The notes beneath the pieces are model-generated. The model worked only from the letters and a program-made list of their open reading frames with translations, was not told the origin of the DNA and did not search any database. A stretch of 63,672 nt of DNA, the filler included, from Nemertoderma westbladi (taxonomy: Eukaryota > Animalia > Xenacoelomorpha): NCBI GenBank assembly GCA_032718475.1. It is 3 parts of 3 records of this genome, joined end to end, with 100 filler letters (N's around TTAATTAATTAA, not from the genome) between each part and the next. Parts side by side here need not be neighbours in the genome. Positions count along the whole stretch, not along the records: positions 1 to 27,684 come from JAUCBJ010005913.1; 2 more parts are not named here. One strand, given 5' to 3'. Positions 13,401-27,065 of this stretch are shown here, piece after piece; position 1 is the stretch's first letter, and each line of letters begins with the position of its first letter. The position numbers were made by a program, and so were the translations under genes.

Positions 13401-16400
13401 TATCAAGGTACACGGTACGGTATATAATAGCAGTATCATGGTACACGGTACGGTACGGTATATAATAGCAGTATCAAGGTACACGGTATGGTATATAATA
13501 GCAGTATCAAGGTACATGGTACGGTATATAATAGCAGGATCATGGTACACGGTAGGGTATATAATAGCAGTATCATGGTACACGGTACGGTATATAATAA
13601 CAGTATCAAGGTACATGGTACGGTATATAATAGCAGGATCATGGTACACGGTACGGTATATAATAGCAGTATCATGGTACACGGTACGGTACGGTATATA
13701 ATAGCAGTATCAAGGTACACGGTATGGTATATAATAGCAGAATCATGGTACACGGTACGGTATATAATAGCAGTATCAAGGTACACGGTACGGTATATAA
13801 TAGCAGTATCAAGGTACACGGTACGGTATATAATAGCAGTATCACAGTACATGGTACGGTATATAATAGCAGTATCATGGTACACTGTACGGTACGGTAT
13901 ATAATAGCAGTATCAAGGTACACGGTACGGTATATAATAGCAGTATCATGGTACACGGCACGGTATATAATAGCAGTATCATCGTACACGGTACGGTACG
14001 GTATATAATAGCAGTATCAAGGTACACGGTACGGTATATAATAGCAGTATCACGGTACGAGGTACGGTATATAATAGCAGTATCATGGTACACGGTACGG
14101 TACGGTATATAATAGCAGTATCAAGGTACACGGTACGGTATATAATAGCAGTATCATGGTACATGGTACGGTATATAATAGCAGTATCATGGTACACGGT
14201 ACGGTATATAATAGCAGTATCATGGTACACGGTACGGTAGATAATAGCAGGATCATGGTACACGGTACTGTATATAATAGCAGTATCATGGTACACGGTA
14301 CGGTATATAATAGCAGTATCATGGTACACGGTACGGTATATAATAGCAGTATCAAGGTACACGGTACGGTATATAATAGCAGTATCATGGTACGAGGTAC
14401 GGTATATAATAGCAGTATTATGGTACATGGTACGGTACGGTATATAATAGCAGTATCACGGTACATGGTACGGTATTTAATAGCAGTATCACGGTACGAG
14501 GTATGGTATATAATAGCAGTATCATGGTACACGATACGGTATATAATAGCAGTATCATGGTATACGGTACGGTATATAATAGCAGTATCAAGGTACACGA
14601 TACGGTATATAATAGCAGTATCACGGTACACGGTACTGTATATAATAGCAGTATCATGGTACACGGTACGGTATATAATAGCAGTATCATGGTACACGGT
14701 ACGGTATATAATAGCAGTATATCAAGGTACACGATACGGTATATAATAGCAGTATCACGGTACACGGTACGGTATATAATAGCATTATCAAGGTACTTGG
14801 TACGGTATATAATAGCAGGATCATGGTACACGGTACGGTATATAATAGCAGTATCAAGGTACTTGGTACGGTATATAATAGCAGGATCATGGTACATGGT
14901 ACACGGTACGGTATATAATAGCAGTATCACGGTACACGGTACGGTATATAATAGCAGTATCACGGTACACGGTACAGTATATAATAGCAGTATCAAGGTA
15001 CACGGTACGGTATATAATAGCAGTATCATGGTACGAGGTACGGTATATAATAGCAGTATTATGGTACATGGTACGGTACGGTAAATAATAGCAGTATCAC
15101 GGTACATGGTACGGTATATAATAGCAGTATCACGGTACGAGGTATGGTATATAATAGCAGTATCATGGTACATGGTACGGTATATAATAGCAGTATCAAG
15201 GTACACAGTACGGTACGGTATATAATAGCAGTATCATGGTACACGGTACGGCATATAATAGCAGTATCACGGTACACGGTACGGGATATAATAGCAGTAT
15301 CATGGTACACGGTACGGTATATAATAGCAGTATCACGGTACACGGTATGGTATATAATAGCAGTATCACGGTACGAGGTACGGTATATAATAGCAGTATC
15401 ATGGTACACGGTACGGTACGGTATATAATAGCAGTATCATGGTACACGGTATGGTATATAATAGCAGTATCACGGTACGAGGTACGGTATATAATAGCAG
15501 TATCATGGTACACGGTACGGTACGGTATATAATGGCAGTATCACGGTACACGGTATGGTATATAATAGCAGTATCACGGTACACGGTACGGTATATAATA
15601 GCAGTGCAGTATCAAGGTACACGGTACGGTATATAATAGCAGTATCACGGTACACGGTACGGTATATACTAGCAGTATCACGGTACGAGGTACGGTATAT
15701 AATAGCAGTATCATGGTACACGGTACAGTACGGTATATAATAGCAGTATCACGGTACACGGTATGGTATATAATAGCAGTATCACGGTACGAGGTACGGT
15801 ATATAATAGCAGTATCATGGTACACGGTACGGTATGGTATACAAATAGCAGTATCATGGTACATGGTATGGTATATAATAGCAGTATCACGGTACGAGGT
15901 ACGGTATATAATAGCAGTATCATAGTACACGGTACGGTATATAATAGCAGTATCACGGTAGACGGTACGGTATATAATTGCAGTATCATGGTACACGGTA
16001 CGGTACGGTATATAATAGCAGTATCAAGGTACACGGTACAGTACGGTATATAATAGCAGTATCAAGGTACATGGTACGGTATATAATAGCAGTATCACGG
16101 TACGAGGTATGGTATATAATAGCAGTATCATGGTACATGGTACGGTATATAATAGCAGTATCAAGGTACACAGTACGGTACGGTATATAATAGCAGTATC
16201 ATGGTACACGGTACGGCATATAATAGCAGTATCACGGTACACGGTACGGGATATAATAGCAGTATCATGGTACACGGTACGGTATATAATAGCAGTATCA
16301 CGGTACACGGTATGGTATATAATAGCAGTATCACGGTACGAGGTACGGTATATAATAGCAGTATCATGGTACACGGTACGGTACGGTATATAATAGCAGT

Positions 16401-19400
16401 ATCATGGTACACGGTATGGTATATAATAGCAGTATCACGGTACGAGGTACGGTATATAATAGCAGTATCATGGTACACGGTACGGTACGGTATATAATGG
16501 CAGTATCACGGTACACGGTATGGTATATAATAGCAGTATCACGGTACACGGTACGGTATATAATAGCAGTGCAGTATCAAGGTACACGGTACGGTATATA
16601 ATAGCAGTATCACGGTACACGGTACGGTATATACTAGCAGTATCACGGTACGAGGTACGGTATATAATAGCAGTATCATGGTACACGGTACAGTACGGTA
16701 TATAATAGCAGTATCACGGTACACGGTATGGTATATAATAGCAGTATCACGGTACGAGGTACGGTATATAATAGCAGTATCATGGTACACGGTACGGTAT
16801 GGTATACAAATAGCAGTATCATGGTACATGGTATGGTATATAATAGCAGTATCACGGTACGAGGTACGGTATATAATAGCAGTATCATAGTACACGGTAC
16901 GGTATATAATAGCAGTATCACGGTAGACGGTACGGTATATAATTGCAGTATCATGGTACACGGTACGGTACGGTATATAATAGCAGTATCAAGGTACACG
17001 GTACAGTACGGTATATAATAGCAGTATCAAGGTACACGGTACGGTACGGTATATAATAGCAGTATCACGGTACACGGTACGGTACGGTATATAATAGCAG
17101 TATCACGGTACAAGGTATGGTATATAATAGCAGTATCACGGTACAAGGTACGGTATATAATAGCAGTATCAAGGTACACAGTACGGTATATAATAGCAGT
17201 ATCATGGTACACGGTACGGTATATAATAGCAGTATCAAGGTACACGGTATGGTATATAATAGCAGTATCACGGTACAAGGTACGGTATATAATAGCAGTA
17301 TCAAGGTACACAGTACGGTATATAATAGCAGTATCATGGTACACGGTACGGTATATAATAGCAGTATCAAGGTACATGGTATGGTATATAATAGCAGTAT
17401 CACGGTACACGGTATGGTATATAATAGCAGTATCACGGTACGAGGTATGGTATATAATATCAGTATCACGGTACGAGGTACGGTATATAATAGCTGTATC
17501 ATGGTAAACGGTACGGTACGGTATATAATAACAGTATCACGGTACACGGTATGGTATATAGCAGTACACGTATCTATTAAATAATAAAGTACCTCGGGGT
17601 CAACACTCCGTTCTAAATGTGGGTAGAGAGCTAACGGGTGCTGTTTCAGTCCAACTTCGATCTCCGTTATAATGTTGCGTCGGCGTTCGTCGCCTGGTAA
17701 AGCTTTACTGAATGCTGATTGGTAGATTGCATCGGGGTCGTGCGACGTCTTCGTGTTGGTCTCTTGTGACTTAAGGTTGGGCCCTAACCCTTTGTTACCC
17801 TAGCAACCGAGTATAAGAATAAAAATATATAAGAAGACAGATATAATATACGTTTAATATCATGTTTTTTCACGTTTTATTTCGGTTTTTATCAAAAGTG
17901 GGTAACTACCGCTATCGACAGACAGACTGCCTGATTTTAGACCAAACTTCAGATTCTTTCTAATCTTTTGACGGACTACATACTCATACATATCAAGTTT
18001 GGTTTAATTTCATCAAGGAATATCTGAGTTATTAGCTATTAAAAGTTTACGTCAACGTCGACGACTCGTTAATGGTCCCCATATGCTATGGCTTTGCTCA
18101 CTTCGTGACTCGCCCCACTATAAAAATATATAAAAAAAATTAAGTTACATTCAGTAGATGAGCCCAGAAACGGCCAGTACATTAAATGCTAAAAGCATAA
18201 AAAAGGCTTGAAAACCATGTATGATCCATGAAGCAATAATGATAGCAAAAAAGACGATGAGGATAAAAGGTACGTGGATAAGGAATCATATCAATTAATC
18301 AGAACTCCTAAAGTTATTCCTAGTTAACCCAAGAACTCCTAAAGTTATTCCTAGTTAACCCAAGAACTCCTAAAGTTATTCCTAGTTAACCCAAGAACTC
18401 CTAAAGTTATTCCTAGTTAACCCAAGAACTCCTAAAGTCATTCCTAGTTAACCCAAGAATTCCTAAGTTATAACTATTTATCCCAAAAACTCCTAAGTTA
18501 TTCCTAGTTATCCCAAGAACTCCTAAAGTTATTCCTAGTTAACCCAAGAACTCCTAAAGGTATTCCTAGTTAACCCAAGAACTCCTAGTTATCCCGAGAA
18601 CTCCTAAAGTTATTCCTAGTTAACCCAATAACTCCTAAAGGTATTCCTAGTTAACACAAGAATTCCTAGGTTATAACTATTTATCCCAAAAACTCCTAAG
18701 TTATTCCTAGTTAACCCAATAACTCCTAAGTTATAACTATTTATCCCAAAAACTCCTTAAGTTATTCCTACTTATCCCAAGAACTCCTAAGTTATTCCTA
18801 GATATCCCAACAACTCCTAAAGTCATTCCTAGTTAACCCAAGAACTCCTCAAGGTATTCCTAGTTAACCCAAGAACTCCTAAGTTATTCCTAGTTATCCC
18901 AAGAATTCCTAAGTTATTCCTAGTTATCCCAAGAATTCCTAAGTTATAACTATTTATCCCAAAAACTCCTAAGTTATTCCTAGTTATCCCAAGAACTCCT
19001 AAAGTCATTCCTAGTTATCCCAAGAACTCCTAAAGTCATTCCTAGTTAACCCAAAATTTTAAGTTATTCCTAGTTATCCCAAGAATTCCTAAGTTATGAC
19101 TATTTATCCCAAAAACTCCTAAGTTATTCCTAGTTATCCCAAGAACTCCTAAGTTATTCCTAGTTATCCCAACAACTCCTAAAGTCATTCCTAGTTAACC
19201 CAAGAACTCCTCAAGGTATTCCTAGTTATCCCAAAAACTCCTAAGTTATTCCTAGTTATCCCAAGAATTCCTAAGTTATAACTATCCATCCCAAAAACTC
19301 CTAAGTTATTCCTAGTTATCCCAAAAACTCCTAAGTTATTCCTAGTTATCCCAAGAATTCCTAAGTTATAACTATTTATCCCAAAAACTCCTAAGTTATT

Positions 19401-22400
19401 CCTAGTTAAACCAATAACTCCTAAGTTATAACTATTTATCCCAAAAACTCCTAAGTTATTCCTAGTTATCCCAAGAACTCCTAAGTTATTCCTAGTTATC
19501 CCAACAACTCCTAAAGTCATTCCTAGTTAACCCAAGAACTCCTAAAGGTATTCCTAGTTAACCCAAGAACTCCTAAGTTATTCCTAGTTATCCCAAGAAT
19601 TCCTAGGATGATTCCTAGTTATCCCAAGAATTCCTAAGTTATAACTATTTATCCCAAAAACTCCTAAGTTATTCCTAGTTATCCCAAGAATTCCTAGGTT
19701 ATAACTATTTATCCCAAAAACTCCTAAGTTATTCCTAGTTATCCCAAGAACTCCTAAGTTATTCCTAGTTATCCCAACAACTCCTAAAGTAATTCCTAGT
19801 TAACCCAAGAACTCCTAAAGGTATTCCTAGTTAACCCAAGAACTCCTAAGTCATTCCTAGTTAACCCAAGAACTCCTAAAGGTATTCCTAGTTAACCCAA
19901 GAATTCCTAAGTTATTCCTAGTTATCCCAAGAATTCCTATGTTATTCCTAGTTATCCCAAGAACTCCTAAACTCATTCCTAGTTAACCCAAGAACTCCTC
20001 TAAGTTATTCCTAGTTATCCCAAGAATTCCTAAGTTATAACTATTTATCCCAAAAACTCCTAAGTTATCCCTAGTTATCCCTAGTTATCCCAAGAACTCC
20101 TAAGTTATTCCTAGTTATCCCAACAACTCCTAAAGTCATTCCTAGTTAACCCAAGAACTCCTAAAGGTATTCCTAGTTAACCCAAGAACTCCTAAGTCAT
20201 TCCTAGTTAACCCAAGAACTCCTAAAGGTATTCCTAGTTAACCCAAGAATTCCTAAGTTATTCCTAGTTATCCCAAGAATTCCTATGTTATTCCTAGTTA
20301 TCCCAAGAACTCCTAAAGTTATTCCTAGTTAACCCAAGAACTCCTAAAGTCATTCCTAGTTAACCCAAGAATTCCTAAGTTATAACTATTTATCCCAAAA
20401 ACTCCTAAGTTATTCCTAGTTATCCCAAGAACTCCTAAAGTTATTCCTAGTTAACCCAAGAACTCCTAAAGGTATTCCTAGTTAACCCAAGAACTCCTAG
20501 TTATCCCGAGAACTCCTAAAGTTATTCCTAGTTAACCCAATAACTCCTAAAGGTATTCCTAGTTAACCCAAGAATTCCTAGGTTATAACTATTTATCCCA
20601 AAAACTCCTAAGTTATTCCTAGTTAACCCAATAACTCCTAAGTTATAACTATTTATCCCAAAAACTCCTTAAGTTATTCCTACTTATCCCAAGAACTCCT
20701 AAGTTATTCCTAGATATCCCAACAACTCCTAAAGTCATTCCTAGTTAACCCAAGAACTCCTCAAGGTATTCCTAGTTAACCCAAGAACTCCTAAGTTATT
20801 CCTAGTTATCCCAAGAATTCCTAAGTTATTCCTAGTTATCCCAAGAATTCCTAAGTTATAACTATTTATCCCAAAAACTCCTAAGTTATTCCTAGTTATC
20901 CCAAGAACTCCTAAAGTCATTCCTAGTTATCCCAAGAACTCCTAAAGTCATTCCTAGTTAACCCAAAATTTTAAGTTATTCCTAGTTATCCCAAGAATTC
21001 CTAAGTTATGACTATTTATCCCAAAAACTCCTAAGTTATTCCTAGTTATCCCAAGAACTCCTAAGTTATTCCTAGTTATCCCAACAACTCCTAAAGTCAT
21101 TCCTAGTTAACCCAAGAACTCCTCAAGGTATTCCTAGTTATCCCAAAAACTCCTAAGTTATTCCTAGTTATCCCAAGAATTCCTAAGTTATAACTATCCA
21201 TCCCAAAAACTCCTAAGTTATTCCTAGTTATCCCAAAAACTCCTAAGTTATTCCTAGTTATCCCAAGAATTCCTAAGTTATAACTATTTATCCCAAAAAC
21301 TCCTAAGTTATTCCTAGTTAAACCAATAACTCCTAAGTTATAACTATTTATCCCAAAAACTCCTAAGTTATTCCTAGTTATCCCAAGAACTCCTAAGTTA
21401 TTCCTAGTTATCCCAACAACTCCTAAAGTCATTCCTAGTTAACCCAAGAACTCCTAAAGGTATTCCTAGTTAACCCAAGAACTCCTAAGTTATTCCTAGT
21501 TATCCCAAGAATTCCTAGGATGATTCCTAGTTATCCCAAGAATTCCTAAGTTATAACTATTTATCCCAAAAACTCCTAAGTTATTCCTAGTTATCCCAAG
21601 AATTCCTAGGTTATAACTATTTATCCCAAAAACTCCTAAGTTATTCCTAGTTATCCCAAGAACTCCTAAGTTATTCCTAGTTATCCCAACAACTCCTAAA
21701 GTCATTCCTAGTTAACCCAAGAACTCCTAAAGGTATTCCTAGTTAACCCAAGAACTCCTAAGTCATTCCTAGTTAACCCAAGAACTCCTAAAGGTATTCC
21801 TAGTTAACCCAAGAATTCCTAAGTTATTCCTAGTTATCCCAAGAATTCCTATGTTATTCCTAGTTATCCCAAGAACTCCTAAACTCATTCCTAGTTAACC
21901 CAAGAACTCCTCTAAGTTATTCCTAGTTATCCCAAGAATTCCTAAGTTATAACTATTTATCCCAAAAACTCCTAAGTTATCCCTAGTTATCCCAAGAACT
22001 CCTAAGTTATTCCTAGTTATCCCAACAACTCCTAAAGTCATTCCTAGTTAACCCAAGAACTCCTAAAGGTATTCCTAGTTAACCCAAGAACTCCTAAGTC
22101 ATTCCTAGTTAACCCAAGAACTCCTAAAGGTATTCCTAGTTAACCCAAGAATTCCTAAGTTATTCCTAGTTATCCCAAGAATTCCTATGTTATTCCTAGT
22201 TATCCCAAGAACTCCTAAAGTCATTCCTAGTTAACCCAAGAACTCCTAAGTTATTCCTAGTTATACCAAGAATTCCTAAGTTATAACTATATATCCCAAA
22301 AACTCCTAAGTTATTCCTAGTTATCTCAAGAATTCCTAAGTTATTCCTAGTTAACCCAAGAACTACTAAAGTCATTCCTAGTTATCCCAAGTACTCAAAG

Positions 22401-23219
22401 TTATTCCTAGTTAACGCAAGAACTCATAAAGACATTCCTAGTTATCCCAAGAACTCCTCAAGTTATTATTGAATATTAATTGTCCATCGGCACCAGTTTA
22501 GAAAGTTTTTATCATGCTAAGACTTGTTTCTATATATTTATTTTATTTATTCTGTATATTATATATATATGTTTTTAAATGTTTTTCGTATATTTTTTAT
22601 TCAAGGTGTATATTTGTTGTGAGCGTCTACTGCTCAGGGTCCAATTTTCACAGCAATTCTTATCCTCAAAATTAATTTATCAACTTATCATGAGTTAGCG
22701 GTAATTACCTTAATTAGCGGTAATTACCTTAATTACAACGTTGGAGGTTGTCCGCGGTTCCCCCGATCGGAAATCGTCGGTTCCATCTCTGATAAAGGTC
22801 CATGATTGGCTAGAAAAATGTTTCTTCAGTTGCCCCGGTTTCCGATCGGCCAATCGCGTACGTAAACGTTCTTTCCACCTGTGGAACATAAAACATAATA
22901 AACGATACAAGTAGGCCTAATATTTAGGCTAATGTTTTGGTTTAATTTAATTTAATATCGTTGTGAAACAGCGGTACCCGTATGCTACGCCACCCTCACC
23001 TAATTCGTATCGTATCTCGTATAACAATACAGTACACCTGGTATTACTGTATTACTTGCAAATGATTTACTGCACTTTTTAATTTACACAAATTTATTTC
23101 GTGACTGATATTCGATTTGTAATCATAACTGTGACTTACCAAGGTTTATTATACTTTGCCAAATCTCCACTTGTAGCTACAGTTTCTAAACCGTACTTAT
23201 TTTCAGCATAAGTCGACAT
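10471..23219 (-). CDS. FAM47E: FAM47-family protein (FAM47E-like), N-terminal five exons: 23219-23140, 22878-22728, 17799-17593, 12279-12125, 10609-10471; 3' exons not found
   Basis: All junctions are GT-AG and phase-compatible (2,0,0,2,0). Spliced product: MSTYAENKYG...NKPWWKERLRTRL...SSQSWTFIRDGTDDFRSGEP...AFSKALPGDERRRNIITEIEVGLKQHPLALYPHLERSVDPELFEDIVDLLDPDMHL...DEDIEILEQRF...EDTHIK. This matches recalled FAM47 motifs PWYKERL, WVFVKEGLDDFRKG and KHPLALYPNL. The family call is stronger than the paralog-level symbol. Confidence 0.82.
12830..12916. repeat. Near-perfect 87-bp palindrome/hairpin
   Basis: tagtattaatgttgggcaaaagatttataaataaaacaat-cagacta-attgttttatttataaatcttttggccaacattaatacta. 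Confidence 0.85.
13097..17560. repeat. 33-bp minisatellite (atataatagcagtatcaaggtacacggtacggt; 38-bp variants), ~130 units, in FAM47 intron 3
   Basis: Direct reading. Contains a 965-bp higher-order duplication (rare variant gcagtgcagt at 15601 and 16566). Confidence 0.97.
18301..22468. repeat. 30-31-bp minisatellite (aagaactcctaagttattcctagttatccc) built of ~10-bp subrepeats, in FAM47 intron 2
   Basis: Direct reading. Contains a 1,912-bp higher-order duplication (rare variant cccgag at 18593 and 20505; identical ORFs at 19191 and 21103). Confidence 0.97.
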
Positions 23220-24050
23220 TGTGTGCGTGGCAGCGTGGGGAGAATTCTATATCTATCTATCTAAGAGACATCATCACGGAAATATTTAAGCGAAGCCACG
23301 CTCAAACTTGTTTATCTCTTAAAGCCTAATACTTTAAGCGAAACGCATCCAAATAATCAAAATTGTATTCCAAATATTAGGCAGATAGGCCTAACAACAT
23401 ATTGGTACCGGTATCAGGGTATGTCTGCATTTAAATAAATGTATTATTATTACTATAACTAACAATATCGCTGAGTTAGAGAAACGATTGTGGCACTAAT
23501 GGCATTGAACTGTACTCTCTTCAATGTACTGATGTAACAGTAACATCGCGACTTTTCGTTATGCTGTTATGTTTAACCGTACCCCTGGTTATAAAATAAT
23601 AATTAAAAAATATGATAACTTCTTCTCGTATTCTAAATATGACTGATCATCTGATCGGAGTCGCCAGTCGTAATTCGCATACTTGTTTATTAGCCTAAAA
23701 GCCTAATGAATGCGAATGGTGCATTTAGCGGTACCGGTAGGCCTAGTAAATAGGCAGATAGGGGCCTACTGAAATAAGAGTACCGGTAGGCGGTAGGTAC
23801 CGGTCAGTCGGTAGCGCATTCCTACATAGTGCAGTAGTGGTATGGTAACACCTCAGTAAGCTGCAGCCAGCGGCATTGCTATCACATCACATTGCCAGTA
23901 CAGCAGTACCGATACAGCACTACCGTACAGCAGTAGATAGGGTACAGTAAAATGCTGAAATGACAACTGCTAAAATATCATCCATCAGTAAGTATTCTGC
24001 GTAACCTGGCAACATCAGCTGTTTTAATTTAAACAAACATCAGTGTAAAT

Positions 24051-25337
24051 CAAGGACTACTATACTACTATAGGCAGTGTTTTTTTTATGTCCTTTTATT
24101 TGACTTTTTTTGTCATTTTTTTTACGAATTATGCATAATGACTTTTGTTGTCCTTTTAATGACTTTTATTGTCCTTTTAATGACTTTTTATGTATGTATT
24201 TCTTCAAACTGTCAGACTGCTGATTTCTGGACTGTCAGACAGTTGATTTCACTATGCCTGTGCCAAAACATTCCATGATTCCATGATTTATAGACTATGA
24301 GATAGATTTCCATATGCGCCTGTGGTAAAAAGACTCTATATTTAATAGTTTGTGGTTGTTGTCGATAATCGATTACCACATGACGTAGCAAAACACTCAT
24401 TTTATAGCCAAAAACAATTACCAATTGATGGAAAGGAGCAGGTTAAGGCCGAGTTTTCTAACCAAAACAATAAACAGTCACTTTACCAAATCAGTGAAAG
24501 GAGCAGGTTACAGAGACGGGATTTTCTAACCAAAACAATAAACGATCACTTAACTAATTGAGGGAAAGGAGCAGGTTACAGAGGCGGGATTTTCTAACCA
24601 AAACAATAAACGATCACTTAACTAATTGAGGGAAAGGAGCAGGTTACAGAGGCGGGATTTTCTAACCAAAACAATAAACGATCATTTAACTAATTGAGGG
24701 AAAGGGGCAGGTTACAGAGGCGGGGCTTTCTAACCAAAACAATAAACGGTCACTTTACCAATTCAGGGAAAGGAGCAGGTTACAGAGGCGGGATTTTCTA
24801 ACCAAAACAATAAACGATCATTTAACTAATTGAGGGAAAGGGGCAGGTTACAGAGGCGGGATTTTCTAACCAAAACAATAAACGATCATTTAACTAATTG
24901 AGGGAAAGGAGCAGGTTACAGAGACGATAAAACTAATAGTAATAGGCCTAAATTATGTGAAAGGTATATCCACATTTTCCACAATCCTGCAATCCAGTTT
25001 GGCCTATCAATTATTTAAAATTTATTAGCACAACCGGTAGGCCTACCATTACCGTATTTAACTGGTAGGCTACACGAGGCCTATAGCAGTACCGGTGCCG
25101 GTACCGGTACTAAAATACAGAAATACCTGCTTTATACCTACATCTGTACATACAATACAGCAAAATAGTGCTATATATACTAATACCGGTACTGATAGCC
25201 TGAGAGAACAGCAGTAGCATGGAACCTAACATTAGACTTTTGGATGACATAAAAAATCAAAAAAAAGGACAAAAAAAGGATTTAAACGGACAATAAAAAT
25301 TATTGCGACTACTATACTACTAGTATAGTAGTCCTTG
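24051..25337. mobile_element. Non-autonomous DNA transposon, P-element-like (CAAGG termini, 17-bp TIR, 8-bp TSD)
   Basis: TIR caaggactactatacta (24051) / tagtatagtagtccttg (ends 25337). TSD gtgtaaat at 24043-24050 and 25338-25345. hAT cannot be excluded. Confidence 0.8.
24420..24926. repeat. 68-bp tandem repeat (~7 units) inside the P-like element
   Basis: Unit gagggaaaggagcaggttacagaggcgggattttctaaccaaaacaataaacgatcacttaactaatt; period 68 (24541 to 24609). Confidence 0.92.
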
Positions 25338-26340
25338 GTGTAAATATATCAGTGTTCAGTTATAGCAGTTTTTAATAATTGCAATTATTTTGGTTATTAG
25401 AATTAAATAATTAATTATTTTGTTTAAAATTAACCGCTTATAAAGAGTACTTTTATATTGTATTGGCCTATAATTAAAGTTGTTAAACAATCATAAAGAT
25501 GTTAAATAATAATAACAATATGTTAAATATATATGTTTTGGAATGATTTCACTACATATGGGCTCCCATTGATTACCATTAAGGGCACTACATCAGGTTC
25601 TCATCTCAAGGATTAGGGGCTCTTTGTTTTGTACAACATTTATTGGAGATAATTCCACCACTACAGCACTACCTGTATAGGATACAGCAGCTAATGTTTC
25701 AATATCCAATTTTGGTGGCAAAAGTGGGAGCACCATAGCCCCCTCGGACCCCCGGCTCCTAAAGTCTCTGCCAGGTTTGGAATACCGTATAGAGGTAATA
25801 TCCCATTCATCTCCACTTTGTCTGCACGGTATTTTAAGAATAGAGTTACGTACTGCTGTACTGTCTGACTTCAAAGTATCTACGTTTATGTCAATAAAAA
25901 GTTTATCAATAAAAAATGTATGAATTTCAATAAAATGTTAAGTATGATACAAAAACGCATTATAATATTTTTCATTAAATTTTTTCGCCCCCTCCCTACT
26001 CTGCGCCTATCAGCATTGTCCCCCCTGCCCCCCCCCCCCCCCCACCCCCTTCCCCATTTGACAAAAACCCCGCGGAAGAAATCTTCGACAACTACTGTAT
26101 GATAGTCGTAATTTTGATAGAAATCTCTGTTCAATTTCAGTGTATGTTCTGTTCAGGCATTTCTACGAAATGTTCTTAAAAATGATATTATTATTTTTTA
26201 ACTGACGACATGCCGACTTTAGGGCGTTCATTGACTTAATTACTTTATAGTGATCTGGAGTTTAGCCGCTTTATAATAAGTAAGCGTGAATTTTTTATCA
26301 GCTGGATTTCTAAACCATTTAGTTCACCCAAGATATTTTT

Positions 26341-27065
26341 TTATATTTCCTTTAACAAAATCCTTTGAAATTTGACTAATTTATCAAGACCCAGCGGAAC
26401 CAATGATCTTGTGAACACCTCTTTGGGATTTTGAATTAGCATTTTGGTACGTACAACATCAATAAAATCTGTGGCTGTTTCAACATTATCAAACCCATCC
26501 CATTCATGAAATGAGTTCCTCTTAGGCAAATTGGACCCTTTTTCTTTGTGAGTACTACTGTGCTTATTGCTTTCTGATGAATCCTTCACATCGAGCCGCT
26601 TGTCCAGCTGAAAGTTTTTGACCTAAATTAATTTGCATTGAAATTAAGGCAGTTAGATATGGTTTCTTCGGTTTTCCCCACTATATCAAAGACTGACAAG
26701 CTGTTTGTTTTCAGTGCCGTTATAATACATTCATGCAAGCAGTCACGTAGCATGTCTCTTGAAAAATGTTGTTCTAGGACGAGTGCTATTGCAAGAGCGT
26801 TTATACATAAGTGAATCCCACAATCGAAGGAATTGTTTTGCTCTACTGAAGTAAGGCCGGGATATAATTGTTGACCACTGGATCTCCACAAAATTTATCC
26901 TGCATGAGTGTTCCTTAGGGAATTGTTGTCAATGGAGTTGAGAACAGTACACATCTCCCTTGTTAATCTACTCGGATTAGTGTTGCCTAAAGAACATAAA
27001 CAACATACTTCTTTGTCCTTCAGGTTAGCAACATTAATAACCCAATGGTTGTCATTTAGGTGTTG
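26341..27065 (-). pseudogene. Degenerate Ulp1/SENP-like (C48) cysteine protease fragment, probably transposon-derived
   Basis: HLNDNHWVINVANLKDKEVCCLCSLG...(stop at 26895)...EQNNSFDCGIHLCINA: His-Trp and Q-x-N-x-x-DCG motifs present. Internal stop; the expected catalytic Asp (DSL) reads CSL. Confidence 0.6.

Noticed and set aside
13047-17584. Dozens of ORFs in the 33-bp array
   Set aside because: By-products of a repeat whose unit is a multiple of 3; frames are broken by 5-bp insertions and the array lies in a FAM47 intron.
19191-21705. LRR-looking ORFs (NNLGVFGITR)n
   Set aside because: Translations of the 30-bp minisatellite, frequently frameshifted by 31-bp units.
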